From an uncultured Akkermansia sp. (GTDB lineage: Bacteria; Verrucomicrobiota; Verrucomicrobiia; Verrucomicrobiales; Akkermansiaceae): 64,000 nt of DNA. This document shows positions 1-9,384 of this stretch, in pieces. Position 1 is the stretch's first letter. Every line of letters begins with the position of its first letter. The stretch covers positions 2,970 to 66,969 of the forward strand of contig CAYVAI010000018.1 of assembly GCA_964448375.1 (NCBI GenBank), read 5' to 3'. Both the position numbers and the translations under genes were made by a program. Below the pieces are notes generated by a model. That model was not told the DNA's origin. It saw nothing but the letters and a program-made list of their open reading frames with translations, and searched no databases.

Positions 1-2889
1 ATATTCGAAAGAACTCGCACAACGAATCTGTTGCCGGGAGGAAATCGGATCACAAATGAATCATATAATCAAATTAGCAGCAAGGATACTCTGGCTGTGT
101 CATTGGCAAAAAATAAATATGGCCGATGGGAGGTGAACACCACTAGCTACCAACAGGGAAACACCATTACAACAAATTGGCAGGAAGAGATATCCAACGC
201 ATCCCGCCAGTATAGTGTCGGCAGTGATGTTGTCTTGTCCATATATCCGGATGGCCAGATGGCCAGCAGAATACAGCAATACAGCAATAATATGTCATGC
301 ATTTCTCAAACGGATGCACGCGGCAATACATTTGTGAGTTATTATGATCCCGCCGGGCGATTGCTCTCCAGGCAGGATGCGGAAGGACGTACGACATCCT
401 ATGAATATGACCAGACTTCCGGGCGACTGGCCTGTGTAACGGATGCCATGAACGGTACAATCCATTACCAGTATAACGCGGCAGGACAAATAACGGAACA
501 ATATGGTACTGCAGTTCAGCCCATCCGCAAGGAATACGACATGAGCGGTCAGTTGATTGCTCTGACAACATGGAGAGCCCCGGGGGAAATCCTCTCGGAA
601 ATCCCATCCACAGACGGAGACACAACGCGCTGGGAGTACAACCCAACCACAGGGTTGAAAACAAAGAAAACGTATGCTGACGGGACTTCGGAAACAACGA
701 TTTATGACCGATTTCGGCGCACGAGTCGTATCATCCGGGCAGATGGCTCCCTGGAAAACTATACCTACCTGCCCATGACGGGGGAACTGGCGGAAATATC
801 CTACAGTGACCAATCGCCCTCCATTTGTCACACGTACGATTCTTCCGGCAGAGCACTCTCCGTAACAGATGCTACAGGCACATGTACTTATATCTATAAC
901 CATCTGGGGGATATCTCTGGCGAACAGTTCGAGGGTACCCTGGCGTATGTTCTGGATTACAAACAGGATTCTTACGGTAGAGATGCAGGCTATAGGCTGA
1001 CTGTCCGGGGAGAAATCGTTCAGGATACAGCCCAAACCTACGATGAATACGGCCGCCTGGCGACGGCGACACCGGAAGAAGGCAAAACCTTTACCTACCG
1101 CTATGGAGCAGGCAACCTTCTCGCAGAAATGAGCTGGCCCAATGGAATGGTGAAGGAATTCCAATACGAAGACAACAGAACTCTTGTTACCGCCCTCCTA
1201 TACAAAAGTGCGAACGATCATGAAGTTCTTTCTCATCGGTACGCCTACGATGCTCTCGGAAGATCCTCCTTGATCACGGATCATACGCCCGCGGGAGAGG
1301 AACGAAGGGTAGTCCCGTCCTATAATACGCGTAGCGAACTCATTGCCGCTACTCATGATGGAAGGGAGGATTATCTTTACTCATACGATAACATAGGAAA
1401 CCGCGTCCAATCCCGGGAATTGACTGAAAGCCGGAACTATGCCAGCAACAGGCTCAATCAATACACAAGTATCCAGGCTCATAACACCAGCAATCAATTC
1501 ATCACTGAGTTTGATGTCCGCGGCAACCAAACGCGCATCCGCACCAGTACCGGAATCTGGAGTGTCACCTACGATAGGGACAACTGTCCCGTTTTGTTTG
1601 TAAACGGCGACCATTCTGTTGCCTGCTCTTATGATTTTATGGGGAGAATGATAAAGCGTAAGGAATACCATGGAAATGTATTGACTTCAGACAAATATTT
1701 CATCTACAAAGATCATGTGCAAATAGCCGCCTATAAGCTGGATATAGAACAACAATCCGCAGATTGTTTCGTTCTTGTCAAATCCTACTATTGGGATCCG
1801 GCACAAGAGGCAGACACACGCATCCTCGCGATGAAAGACGCCTCGGACGCCTCCATGCTTTACTCCGCTTGCGATGCGATGAAAAACACAACGGCTCTCT
1901 ACGATGATTCCGGCAACTGCCGGGCTCGTTACACCTACTCTCCTTACGGTGAAAAGGTAACACAGAACGGTGACAAATGCCGTGTCAATCCCTTTGGTTT
2001 CTCATCGGAATACGACGATGCCACACTAGGCCTCTATTATTACAACTACCGTTACTTCAACGTACACGATGGCAGATGGATCAATAGAGACCCCGGATTT
2101 GATCCTAATGAGTATAATGATTATGTTTCATTTAGAAATAATCCCCATTTATTTATTGATAAGCTCGGATTAGCTTCCGCTCCTCCTGATATTGATTTCA
2201 AAACAGCAGTTTCTATTTTGAAACGCGAGGCATCAAAATCATTAATTGAATATATGCATGAATATTTAAATACTTCCAATCATACAGTTTCTCACAGCGA
2301 CTCAAGTAAGATAAATATAATAAATCGGGAATTTGGAGGTGTTGTATACAAATTAGATAAAAAAAATCATTTGTCTGAATTATATGAAGTTAAAATACAT
2401 AAAGGTGGTTTACTTAGCTATACTAGGCAAGATCCACCAATCCCGCCAAAAGGGAAGTGTGAAATTATGATATGGCACTCTCATGTTATGCGTGTACGAT
2501 TAAATTTCAATGAATCAAATAAAACAAACTATACATTTACAATGGAAGGAGATTTTGGCATTAATGGAATTTCAAGTAACGATAGAAAATCCGCTTTAGC
2601 TAAAGATAAAATATTTTTATTTTCAAACCCTGGAAAAGTCCCCATTGCAACAATACAACGGAAAACAAAACCAACCACATACCCCATTGATTTTTCTTAT
2701 AAATCAACTACAGATTATTTTGGAATGGAAAAAAAATTAAACAAAAAACTAATAGAATCAATAAAGAAAAACATCACTTCTAAGGATTTTGAAATGCTAA
2801 TAGTAGGAAGATTAAATGATTCCCCTAAGAATCGAGTTCTTTCTGTAAGAGATGAAAACTGGATTAGGTTAGCTTCTATAACTGCTTAA
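1..2889 (+). CDS. RHS/YD-repeat polymorphic toxin, C-terminal part (5' end outside window)
   Basis: Frame 1 is open from nt 1, with no stop before the TTG at 31, so the gene is truncated by the window edge. It has dense YD/RHS repeats (YDPAGRLLSRQDAEGRTTSYEYD, YQYNAAGQITEQYG, YDEYGRLATA, YAYDALGRSS, YDNIGNRVQ). The core-terminating block YYYNYRYFNVHDGRWINRDP...NNPHLFIDKLGL is followed by an unrelated AT-rich tail. Confidence 0.85.
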   Translation: MFERTRTTNLLPGGNRITNESYNQISSKDTLAVSLAKNKYGRWEVNTTSYQQGNTITTNWQEEISNASRQYSVGSDVVLSIYPDGQMASRIQQYSNNMSCISQTDARGNTFVSYYDPAGRLLSRQDAEGRTTSYEYDQTSGRLACVTDAMNGTIHYQYNAAGQITEQYGTAVQPIRKEYDMSGQLIALTTWRAPGEILSEIPSTDGDTTRWEYNPTTGLKTKKTYADGTSETTIYDRFRRTSRIIRADGSLENYTYLPMTGELAEISYSDQSPSICHTYDSSGRALSVTDATGTCTYIYNHLGDISGEQFEGTLAYVLDYKQDSYGRDAGYRLTVRGEIVQDTAQTYDEYGRLATATPEEGKTFTYRYGAGNLLAEMSWPNGMVKEFQYEDNRTLVTALLYKSANDHEVLSHRYAYDALGRSSLITDHTPAGEERRVVPSYNTRSELIAATHDGREDYLYSYDNIGNRVQSRELTESRNYASNRLNQYTSIQAHNTSNQFITEFDVRGNQTRIRTSTGIWSVTYDRDNCPVLFVNGDHSVACSYDFMGRMIKRKEYHGNVLTSDKYFIYKDHVQIAAYKLDIEQQSADCFVLVKSYYWDPAQEADTRILAMKDASDASMLYSACDAMKNTTALYDDSGNCRARYTYSPYGEKVTQNGDKCRVNPFGFSSEYDDATLGLYYYNYRYFNVHDGRWINRDPGFDPNEYNDYVSFRNNPHLFIDKLGLASAPPDIDFKTAVSILKREASKSLIEYMHEYLNTSNHTVSHSDSSKINIINREFGGVVYKLDKKNHLSELYEVKIHKGGLLSYTRQDPPIPPKGKCEIMIWHSHVMRVRLNFNESNKTNYTFTMEGDFGINGISSNDRKSALAKDKIFLFSNPGKVPIATIQRKTKPTTYPIDFSYKSTTDYFGMEKKLNKKLIESIKKNITSKDFEMLIVGRLNDSPKNRVLSVRDENWIRLASITA
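2173..2886 (+). other. Variable C-terminal (putative toxin) domain of the RHS protein
   Basis: Begins right after ...DKLGL (nt 2158-2172). There is an abrupt shift to AT-rich, Lys/Asn/Ile-rich coding (~238 aa). This position corresponds to the exchangeable toxin tip of RHS proteins. No fold recognised. Confidence 0.6.
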
Positions 2890-2906
2890 TCATATCATAA
2901 AACCTC

Positions 2907-2940
2907 TTATTCCACCTGAGATAAATCCCAGGTGGAATAA
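2907..2940 (+). terminator. Hairpin after RHS gene (possible terminator)
   Basis: Perfect 12-bp inverted repeat ttattccacctg (2907-2918) / caggtggaataa (2929-2940) with a 10-nt loop, 18 nt after the RHS stop. There is no T-tract, so terminator function is uncertain. Confidence 0.4.
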
Positions 2941-2953
2941 AAATTAATATATC

Positions 2954-4348
2954 ATGATCGTAAAATTCTACACTTTATCCGCCATCGTTTTCACATGGTG
3001 TTCGACATTACATGGAATGCAGGATCTTCCTGAGGAGGTGGATGATCCCATAGGCAAAGGACAGCTCAATGAGCTCCAAGCTCTTACACCTGCCATTTTC
3101 ATGATCGCAGACGATATCACAAAGAATGTGATCAATCCGCAAATCAGGACTCTTCATCCAGACTGTACGGGACATGAATTCATCTGGTCGGAAAAAAACA
3201 TCCAGTACGATATGGTCGGGAAATTTCCCTCTGCACGTTTTTGGGCGATGACTCCAACGCAGATATCATGGCTTCACTTACCAACATTCGAAAAATCCCC
3301 AGCTCAGGGAGATTCCTGGCAGATCTTGAACCAGCCTATCGACCCGGAATTGTATCACGGTTTTGTGAAACTCTATCAACATCTGGAACAAAACTTTTTA
3401 GTCAACAATATCGAGTATAGTCCCGACGGTTACTGTGAAATTTATGAAAGGAATTTATATGGCAACGGACATAATTCCAGCATCATCAGCGGCACTCCCA
3501 ACAAGAGGCTGGGAGTGCCTTATTCAGGTTTTATGTCCCATCAAAACCCTATTCTCTCCTACAATATGTTGGGGAAAACACTTTATGGCACGGTGGAATA
3601 CGGCAAGCTGGATGTGTATAAACAAATCTGGTTCCTCGTCCAGTGTCAGGAGTTAATGCGGAACAAGGACTTCATCCCCCTGCCCTTCCCTCCAAAGAAC
3701 AACAATGTCAGTTCACCTCACACACCTACACAACATCTCATGTTTGGCATGGAGGCGGATAAGCTCTGGAACCTTTTGCTGCCGAACTCTTTACCTTCAC
3801 CCGTGGGTGAGGTTCTCTACCGCAACATGGAAGCTATCATTGCCGTGCAGTGGAACAAACATTTCATCAACTTTGCCAGGTTCAGGTGTACTGCAACAAC
3901 CAGACTGGATGAACTCCCTATCCCGGCAGATTATGTGCACGAATTGGAAAAGAGGAAATTGAAAATCCCGACTCTGGCTGAGTACCACTTCATGCTTCTG
4001 GATATGATCGGTATCAGCCGAGGAAGCCTTCCCATGGACGATATGTGGGCCTGTTTCCTGGACTATTACCCGGCACTCCCCACGAGAAAACCCAAGGAGC
4101 ATTTTCAGAACATGGAAAAAGCTGTTTTTATACGTTTCCCTCAGAAAGGGCAATCCAACTGGGAGCATTGTTTACTAAGTACTCCCATAGTGAATATCAT
4201 CATGGAGTTTGAGTTCCAGGACGCTATACCGGATTATGTCAAGAAAGACCTCATGAAGGTAATCGATGAATATAAGAAAAACAATTCTATAGATATTTTT
4301 TTGAAGCAATTGAAAGAAGAGGAGAGACAAGCATCAAAAGAAGATTGA
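2954..4348 (+). CDS. Hypothetical secreted protein, tandem paralog A (candidate RHS immunity/accessory protein)
   Basis: 464-aa ORF from ATG 2954. The N-terminus MIVKFYTLSAIVFTWCSTLHG is signal-peptide-like. No family recognised. Coding status is supported by in-frame conservation with the adjacent paralog. Confidence 0.7.
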   Translation: MIVKFYTLSAIVFTWCSTLHGMQDLPEEVDDPIGKGQLNELQALTPAIFMIADDITKNVINPQIRTLHPDCTGHEFIWSEKNIQYDMVGKFPSARFWAMTPTQISWLHLPTFEKSPAQGDSWQILNQPIDPELYHGFVKLYQHLEQNFLVNNIEYSPDGYCEIYERNLYGNGHNSSIISGTPNKRLGVPYSGFMSHQNPILSYNMLGKTLYGTVEYGKLDVYKQIWFLVQCQELMRNKDFIPLPFPPKNNNVSSPHTPTQHLMFGMEADKLWNLLLPNSLPSPVGEVLYRNMEAIIAVQWNKHFINFARFRCTATTRLDELPIPADYVHELEKRKLKIPTLAEYHFMLLDMIGISRGSLPMDDMWACFLDYYPALPTRKPKEHFQNMEKAVFIRFPQKGQSNWEHCLLSTPIVNIIMEFEFQDAIPDYVKKDLMKVIDEYKKNNSIDIFLKQLKEEERQASKED

Positions 4349-4358
4349 CTATACAATC

Positions 4359-5756
4359 ATGATCATAAAATTCTACACTTTATCCGCCATCGTTTTCACA
4401 TGGTGTTCACCATTACATGGAATGCAGAATCTTCCTGAGGAGGCAGATGATCCCATGAGCGAAGGACTGCTCACTGAGCTCCAAGCTCGTACTCCTGCCA
4501 TTTTCATGATCGCAGACGACATCACGAAGAATGTGATCAATCCTCAAATCAGGGCTCTTCATCCAGCCTGTACGGGACATGAATTCATCTGGTCGGAAAA
4601 AAACATCCAGTACGATATGGTCGGGAAATTTCCCTCTGCACGTTTTTGGGCGATGACTCCAACGCAGATATCATGGCTTCACTTACCAACATTCGAAAAA
4701 TCCCCAGCTCAGGGAGATTCCTGGCAGATCTTGAACCAGCCTATCGACCCGGAATTGTATCACGGTTTTGTGAAACTCTATCAACATCTGGAACAAAACT
4801 TTTTAGTCAACAATATCGAGTATAGTCCCGACGGTTACTGTGAAATTTATGAAAGGAATTTATATGGCAACGGACATAATTCCAGCATCATCAGCGGCAC
4901 TCCCAACAAGAGGCTGGGAGTGCCTTATTCAGGTTTTATGTCCCATCAAAACCCTATTCTCTCCTACAATATGTTGGGGAAAACACTTTATGGCACGGTG
5001 GAATACGGCAAGCTGGATGTGTATAAACAAATCTGGTTCCTCGTCCAGTGTCAGGAGTTAATGCGGAACAAGGACTTCATCCCCCTGCCCTTCCCTCCAA
5101 AGGACAACTATGACGATTTTCTGCCTCACACACCTACACAACACCTCATGTTTGGCATGGAAGCAGATAAGCTCTGGAACCTTTTGCTGCCGAACTCTTT
5201 ACCTTCACCCGCGGGGGAGGTACTCTACCGCAGCAGGGGAGCTATCATTGCCATGCAGTGGAACAAACATTTCATCAACTTTGCCAGGTTTAACTGCACT
5301 GCAACAACCAGGCTGGATGAACTCCCTATCCCGGCAGATTATGTACACGAGTTGGAAAAGAGGAAATTGAAAGTCCCGACTCTGCCCGAGTACCATTTCA
5401 TGCTTTTGGATATGATCGGTATCAGCCGGGGAAGCTTTCCCATGGACGACATGCTTGGCTGTATCCTGGACTATTACCCGGCGCTCCCTACAAGACAGCC
5501 TAAAGATCATTTCCAGAACATGAGAGATACTGTTTTTATACGTTTCCCCCAGAAAAGAAAATCCAGTTGGGAAGAATGTTTACTAAGTACTCCCATGGAT
5601 AATATACTCAAAGAAATTGATTTCAAAGGAGATATACCAGATTTTATCAAGAGAGACCTCATAGAGCTAATCGATGAATATAAGAAAACTAATTATATAG
5701 ATACTTATTTGAAGCAATTAGAAGAAGATGAGAGGCAAGCATCAGAAGAAGATTGA
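4359..5756 (+). CDS. Hypothetical secreted protein, tandem paralog B
   Basis: 465-aa ORF from ATG 4359, starting 10 nt after the paralog A stop. It has the same architecture (MIIKFYTLSAIVFTWCSPLHG...). It aligns colinearly with A, with a one-residue length difference. Confidence 0.7.
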   Translation: MIIKFYTLSAIVFTWCSPLHGMQNLPEEADDPMSEGLLTELQARTPAIFMIADDITKNVINPQIRALHPACTGHEFIWSEKNIQYDMVGKFPSARFWAMTPTQISWLHLPTFEKSPAQGDSWQILNQPIDPELYHGFVKLYQHLEQNFLVNNIEYSPDGYCEIYERNLYGNGHNSSIISGTPNKRLGVPYSGFMSHQNPILSYNMLGKTLYGTVEYGKLDVYKQIWFLVQCQELMRNKDFIPLPFPPKDNYDDFLPHTPTQHLMFGMEADKLWNLLLPNSLPSPAGEVLYRSRGAIIAMQWNKHFINFARFNCTATTRLDELPIPADYVHELEKRKLKVPTLPEYHFMLLDMIGISRGSFPMDDMLGCILDYYPALPTRQPKDHFQNMRDTVFIRFPQKRKSSWEECLLSTPMDNILKEIDFKGDIPDFIKRDLIELIDEYKKTNYIDTYLKQLEEDERQASEED

Positions 5757-5875
5757 GTATGTCTTTGTTACTTTAATTTCCATATTATCATCTTCTTTCC
5801 TATTTTTTATTTATTCACATAAAAACAATATTTCCATTGCCGGAACAAAAATAGCTTTTATTGTGGCGACGCTTT

Positions 5876-6970
5876 CTAGAAACGATAGCGCAACTCGACC
5901 GTACCCACGCAATGCATACCCTTCTGGGTCGTGTATTCCTTCGTGGTCCACTGATATCCGAAAAAGCCCTCAAAGGACTTGTAGCGAATCCCCATACCCA
6001 GCGAAGCATTGCCCACAACCGGATATTTGGTGACATACTTTGGAAAGTCGTGAAAGACGGGACCATCGAGGAAAGCGTTGTAGGCCACGCCCTGGACCCC
6101 CAGGGAGGCGGTACCGAACACGCTCCAGTCGGAAATCGACTGATCATTCCGAACGAAGGGAGAAGTCTGGTAACTGGCTCCATTCAGGGAATACTCCGTC
6201 GCGGAATCGTTGGGCAGATTGTAACCAAAGCGATAAGCAGCGCCACCGCCACCACGGACAAAGACAGTACCTGCATCCACATTCCAGTAAGCGTAGCCAT
6301 CCGTCCCAAAGCCGGAGGCTTCTCTGTATTCCAAACCGGGAATGCGATAGTAACGCTTGAAGTAGAACTCAACAACGAGTTCGGAGGGTATCTGGTGTTC
6401 CCAGCCGGGCCATTGATCCATCTCCCAGAAATGGTGAATCGTGTACTGTGCGTCGTCAGCCAGAGACGCCTTACCAGTCACACCAAGTTGGAATTCAAGC
6501 GAGTTGGCACGATCCTCATTTTTGACCATATTGCCAAAACCGAGAGCAAGATACCCGCCATAGGGATGTTCATTGTACAAGGGACGGGAGGATTTGTTCT
6601 CGGGGGTGTACATGAGCTGGGTCAGCGTCATGGCCCACTGGCTTCTCAACGAAGACGTCCTCTCCATGCCAAAGGCCTGCCAGTCCCAGAAACTGCCCCC
6701 CGTCACCAGCGTCGTTTCCGACAAATAGGCGAAACGAATGCCATTCGTATAATTGCAATCACTGCCCACAAACAAATCGTTATCCAATTGGAGGCTGAAT
6801 GAGGCTCGTTCCTGAGGCGCAACTGCCGGGAACCCAAGGCCAGTCTGCCCAAGCGTCACTACGGATGGGGCCGAACCAGCTTGTGCCTGGGCCATCCATA
6901 TACAACCGGCAGCCAGGACACTCGTCAATAATGTCAAGCGCATGGCTATACGGACTGACACGTATGACAA
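5876..6970 (-). CDS. Outer-membrane beta-barrel protein, lipid A deacylase LpxR-family-like (DUF2219)
   Basis: Signal peptide MRLTLLTSVLAAGCIWMAQAQA. N-terminal motif LQLDNDLFVGSDCNYTNGIRFAY resembles the NDxF..D.xYTNG signature I recall for LpxR/DUF2219. The sequence is aromatic/Gly-rich with alternating strands and ends in the typical OMP terminus ...VELRYRF. Confidence 0.55.
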   Translation of the reverse strand: MSYVSVRIAMRLTLLTSVLAAGCIWMAQAQAGSAPSVVTLGQTGLGFPAVAPQERASFSLQLDNDLFVGSDCNYTNGIRFAYLSETTLVTGGSFWDWQAFGMERTSSLRSQWAMTLTQLMYTPENKSSRPLYNEHPYGGYLALGFGNMVKNEDRANSLEFQLGVTGKASLADDAQYTIHHFWEMDQWPGWEHQIPSELVVEFYFKRYYRIPGLEYREASGFGTDGYAYWNVDAGTVFVRGGGGAAYRFGYNLPNDSATEYSLNGASYQTSPFVRNDQSISDWSVFGTASLGVQGVAYNAFLDGPVFHDFPKYVTKYPVVGNASLGMGIRYKSFEGFFGYQWTTKEYTTQKGMHCVGTVELRYRF

Positions 6971-7096
6971 GGCCTTGCAAGGCTCAAAATACCCATTTCC
7001 GAGGAAAACGTGTCATTCATGATTTGGAAAATTCCCTTTTCCTTCCAGTCGAAATACCTTGGGTTTTTCCTGCAATCATCCTATTCCACCCAAGCC

Positions 7097-7924
7097 ATGC
7101 TCATCGACACCCACTGCCACCTGGCATCCCGGCAATTTGCATCTGACTCCCGCCATGACTTGATCCAAAGGGCTGCCGGAAGCGGAATCACCCACATGGT
7201 CACGCTCGGTTCTTGCCAGAAGGATTGGGAAGGGAGTGTCTCATGGGCCAAAGAATTTCCGGATGCCATCTCCGCCTGCCTTGGACTACATCCCATGGAT
7301 GTCATGGAAACTACCCCCAACTGGAAGCAGGAGCTGGAGTCTCTCCTTGCTGACATCACCCCCGCAGCTATCGGAGAAACAGGCCTCGACTACTTCTACC
7401 CCGCCCCCAAAGACAGCGACGAAGCCACATATAAAGCTCTGCAACACGAATCACTGGAATACCACTTTGAACTGGCAGCTCAGCTCGGCATCAATATCGT
7501 CCTCCACACGCGGGATCGCGAAGGGGACGCCTCATTCCACGACGCCCTTGCCATTGCCAGGCGATATGCCGGGCGAGTGCGACCCGTCTTCCACTGCTTC
7601 ATCGGCACCACCGATCATGCACGCCGGATATTCGATGAACTGGACGGCCTGATTTCCTTTACGGGAGTCGTCACCTTCAAGAATGCCGGACATCTCCCGG
7701 ACGTGGCGGCCTGGTGCCCGGCAACACGCTTCATGCTGGAGACGGATTCACCCTATCTCAGCCCCGTTCCACTACGTGGCAAAAGAAATGAACCAGCCCA
7801 TCTCTCCAAAACAGCTGAATTTATTGCCTGGATCAGACATATTTCCCTGCAACAACTCGCTGAAACAACAACAAATACGGCTCGCGAGTTCTTCGACATA
7901 ACTGGATTGAAAAAAAAGTCATAA
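7097..7924 (+). CDS. TatD-family metal-dependent hydrolase (DNase)
   Basis: MLIDTHCHL... start motif (HxH), IGETGLDYFY, and the NIVLHTRD, FHCF and ETDSPYL blocks typical of the TatD/YcfH family. The ORF is open from 7010, but the ATG at 7097 gives the canonical N-terminus. Confidence 0.85.
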   Translation: MLIDTHCHLASRQFASDSRHDLIQRAAGSGITHMVTLGSCQKDWEGSVSWAKEFPDAISACLGLHPMDVMETTPNWKQELESLLADITPAAIGETGLDYFYPAPKDSDEATYKALQHESLEYHFELAAQLGINIVLHTRDREGDASFHDALAIARRYAGRVRPVFHCFIGTTDHARRIFDELDGLISFTGVVTFKNAGHLPDVAAWCPATRFMLETDSPYLSPVPLRGKRNEPAHLSKTAEFIAWIRHISLQQLAETTTNTAREFFDITGLKKKS

Positions 7925-7964
7925 AAACGCGTTCGCGCCTTGAATTGCCCCCCATCAATCTGAT

Positions 7965-8465
7965 ATGCAACTTGTCAGCATGAAAGCGCAGTTCATATTT
8001 CCGGCATTTTGCGCGGCTATTGCCGTGACATTCTCCTCTTGTACCCACCAAAACAGCGGCAATCCCGACGAACCCGAATTGGCAGATCCCATCGCCAGCG
8101 GCACCATTCCTCCGTGGATCGCTGAAAATGCCGATTCCTACGAAACAGGCGTTTATGACAGTGGTTCCAAGACTCCCAGCAACTACGCCTACAATCCTCC
8201 GGCCAAGCCCAAGGTAAGCGGCAGTTCTTCCAGCTCATCCAGCGCCAGAAAGTCCACGGCCAGGACGAGCACGAAGCCCAGCTCCAGCAAATCTACCAAG
8301 TCCACCAGGAAGTCCTCCTCCACAACCTACACGGTCAAGAAGGGCGATACCTTGGGAGCCATTGCCAAGCGCAACGGTACCACCGTTAGTGCCATCAAGA
8401 AAGCAAACGGACTCAAGTCCGACTTGATCGGCATCAATCAGAAGTTGTCCATCCCCCGCAAGTAA
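7965..8465 (+). CDS. LysM-domain lipoprotein
   Basis: Signal peptide with lipobox-like FSSC. Ser/Lys-rich linker (SGSSSSSSSARKSTARTSTKPSSSKSTKSTRKSSS). C-terminal LysM motif YTVKKGDTLGAIAKRNGTTVSAIKKANGLKSDLIGINQKLSIP. Confidence 0.85.
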   Translation: MQLVSMKAQFIFPAFCAAIAVTFSSCTHQNSGNPDEPELADPIASGTIPPWIAENADSYETGVYDSGSKTPSNYAYNPPAKPKVSGSSSSSSSARKSTARTSTKPSSSKSTKSTRKSSSTTYTVKKGDTLGAIAKRNGTTVSAIKKANGLKSDLIGINQKLSIPRK

Positions 8466-8486
8466 TTGCCGAGGGATTCCCACACC

Positions 8487-9218
8487 ATGACAACTACATT
8501 CTACCGTCTGTTGCCAATTCTCGGGTTTTCACTGTTGGCTTCCTGTTCTTCTCTACATGAGGAAGAACAGGTTGCCGAAGTGGCTCCTCGGCAACTCCAC
8601 AAGCAGGATCCGGCCTACGTCAATCCATTCCCCAAATCGAGCTATGCTCATTTTGTGGCAAGCAAGGATTACCCGGTCACATTCGGCACCTATCTCGACA
8701 AAACGCTTCTGAATACATCGGGCAACCAGCAAAAGAAGATTCACATCTGCCTTAAGGAACAGCGCGGCAGACTCTATGTCGGGAATAAAGTTGCCATCGA
8801 CTTCCCAACATCCACTGGCGTCAGCGACTACCCGACCAAGCCGGGCAGTTACAAGGTGATCTCCAAGGAAGTCGACCACACATCCAACTTGTACGGTAAA
8901 ATGTACGATGCAGAAGGCAAGTGCATCGACTCCAACGCCAATGCGACTGACGCAGTGCCGGAAGGCGGTAAATTCGTCGGTTCTCCGATGCCTTACTGGC
9001 AACGCCTGACGGGTGCCGGCCTTGGCCTCCATGTGGGCAATGTCCGCAGGCGTCCCGTTTCGCACGGATGTATCCGTCTGCAACCCGAAACAGCCAAAAC
9101 GCTGTACAAGGAGACCAAAATCGGCACTCCCGTCTTCATCCAGCAGGATGTCGAAAAGGATGCCCTTGATTATAAGGCTCCCATTGCCCAAAACATCAAG
9201 CAGCTCACTGCTGAATAG
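8487..9218 (+). CDS. L,D-transpeptidase (YkuD domain) lipoprotein
   Basis: Lipobox LLASCSS. YkuD catalytic block GLHVGNVRRRPVSHGCIRLQPETAKTLY (the H...SHGCIR motif). The ORF is open from the TTG at 8466; the ATG at 8487 is preferred. Confidence 0.85.
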   Translation: MTTTFYRLLPILGFSLLASCSSLHEEEQVAEVAPRQLHKQDPAYVNPFPKSSYAHFVASKDYPVTFGTYLDKTLLNTSGNQQKKIHICLKEQRGRLYVGNKVAIDFPTSTGVSDYPTKPGSYKVISKEVDHTSNLYGKMYDAEGKCIDSNANATDAVPEGGKFVGSPMPYWQRLTGAGLGLHVGNVRRRPVSHGCIRLQPETAKTLYKETKIGTPVFIQQDVEKDALDYKAPIAQNIKQLTAE

Positions 9219-9240
9219 GCAATTACACATCAACTCCAGA

Positions 9241-9278
9241 AAAGGCCTCGGGGACACTTCTTCCCGAGGCCTTTTTAC
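9241..9278 (+). terminator. Rho-independent terminator after the L,D-transpeptidase gene
   Basis: Perfect 12-bp stem aaaggcctcggg (9241-9252) / cccgaggccttt (9263-9274), followed by further T residues. Confidence 0.8.
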
Positions 9279-9384
9279 GTCCTGTACCTCATCCAAATTC
9301 GGACAATTCACTCCTGCGGACATGGACGATAATTCCCGCATTTTTAAAGTTGTAACGACCTGTAAATCCGTTACCATGCCGTTT

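Larger units (their letters stand above)
2944..5756 (+). repeat. Tandem direct duplication, unit 1405 bp (two gene copies)
   Basis: The start codons are 1405 nt apart. nt 3163-3697 equals nt 4568-5102 base for base by my reading (535 bp). The flanks are clearly diverged: many replacements at aa 3-70 and from aa ~249 onward. Confidence 0.9.

Noticed and set aside
3435-3656. Identical 73-aa ORFs in an alternative frame at 3435-3656 and 4840-5061, which look like a conserved overlapping gene.
   Set aside because: Their identity is simply a consequence of the 535-bp identical block of the tandem duplication. There is no independent evidence of coding.
5861-6802. 313-aa plus-strand ORF overlapping the LpxR-like gene.
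   Set aside because: The minus-strand frame has a signal peptide, an OMP C-terminal Phe and a family-like motif. The plus-strand translation is featureless and Arg/Gly-rich.
8217-8330. Ser/Lys-rich low-complexity tract in the LysM lipoprotein, considered as a possible repeat or contingency locus.
   Set aside because: It is not a nucleotide-level tandem repeat. It is consistent with an ordinary flexible linker between the lipid anchor and the LysM domain.
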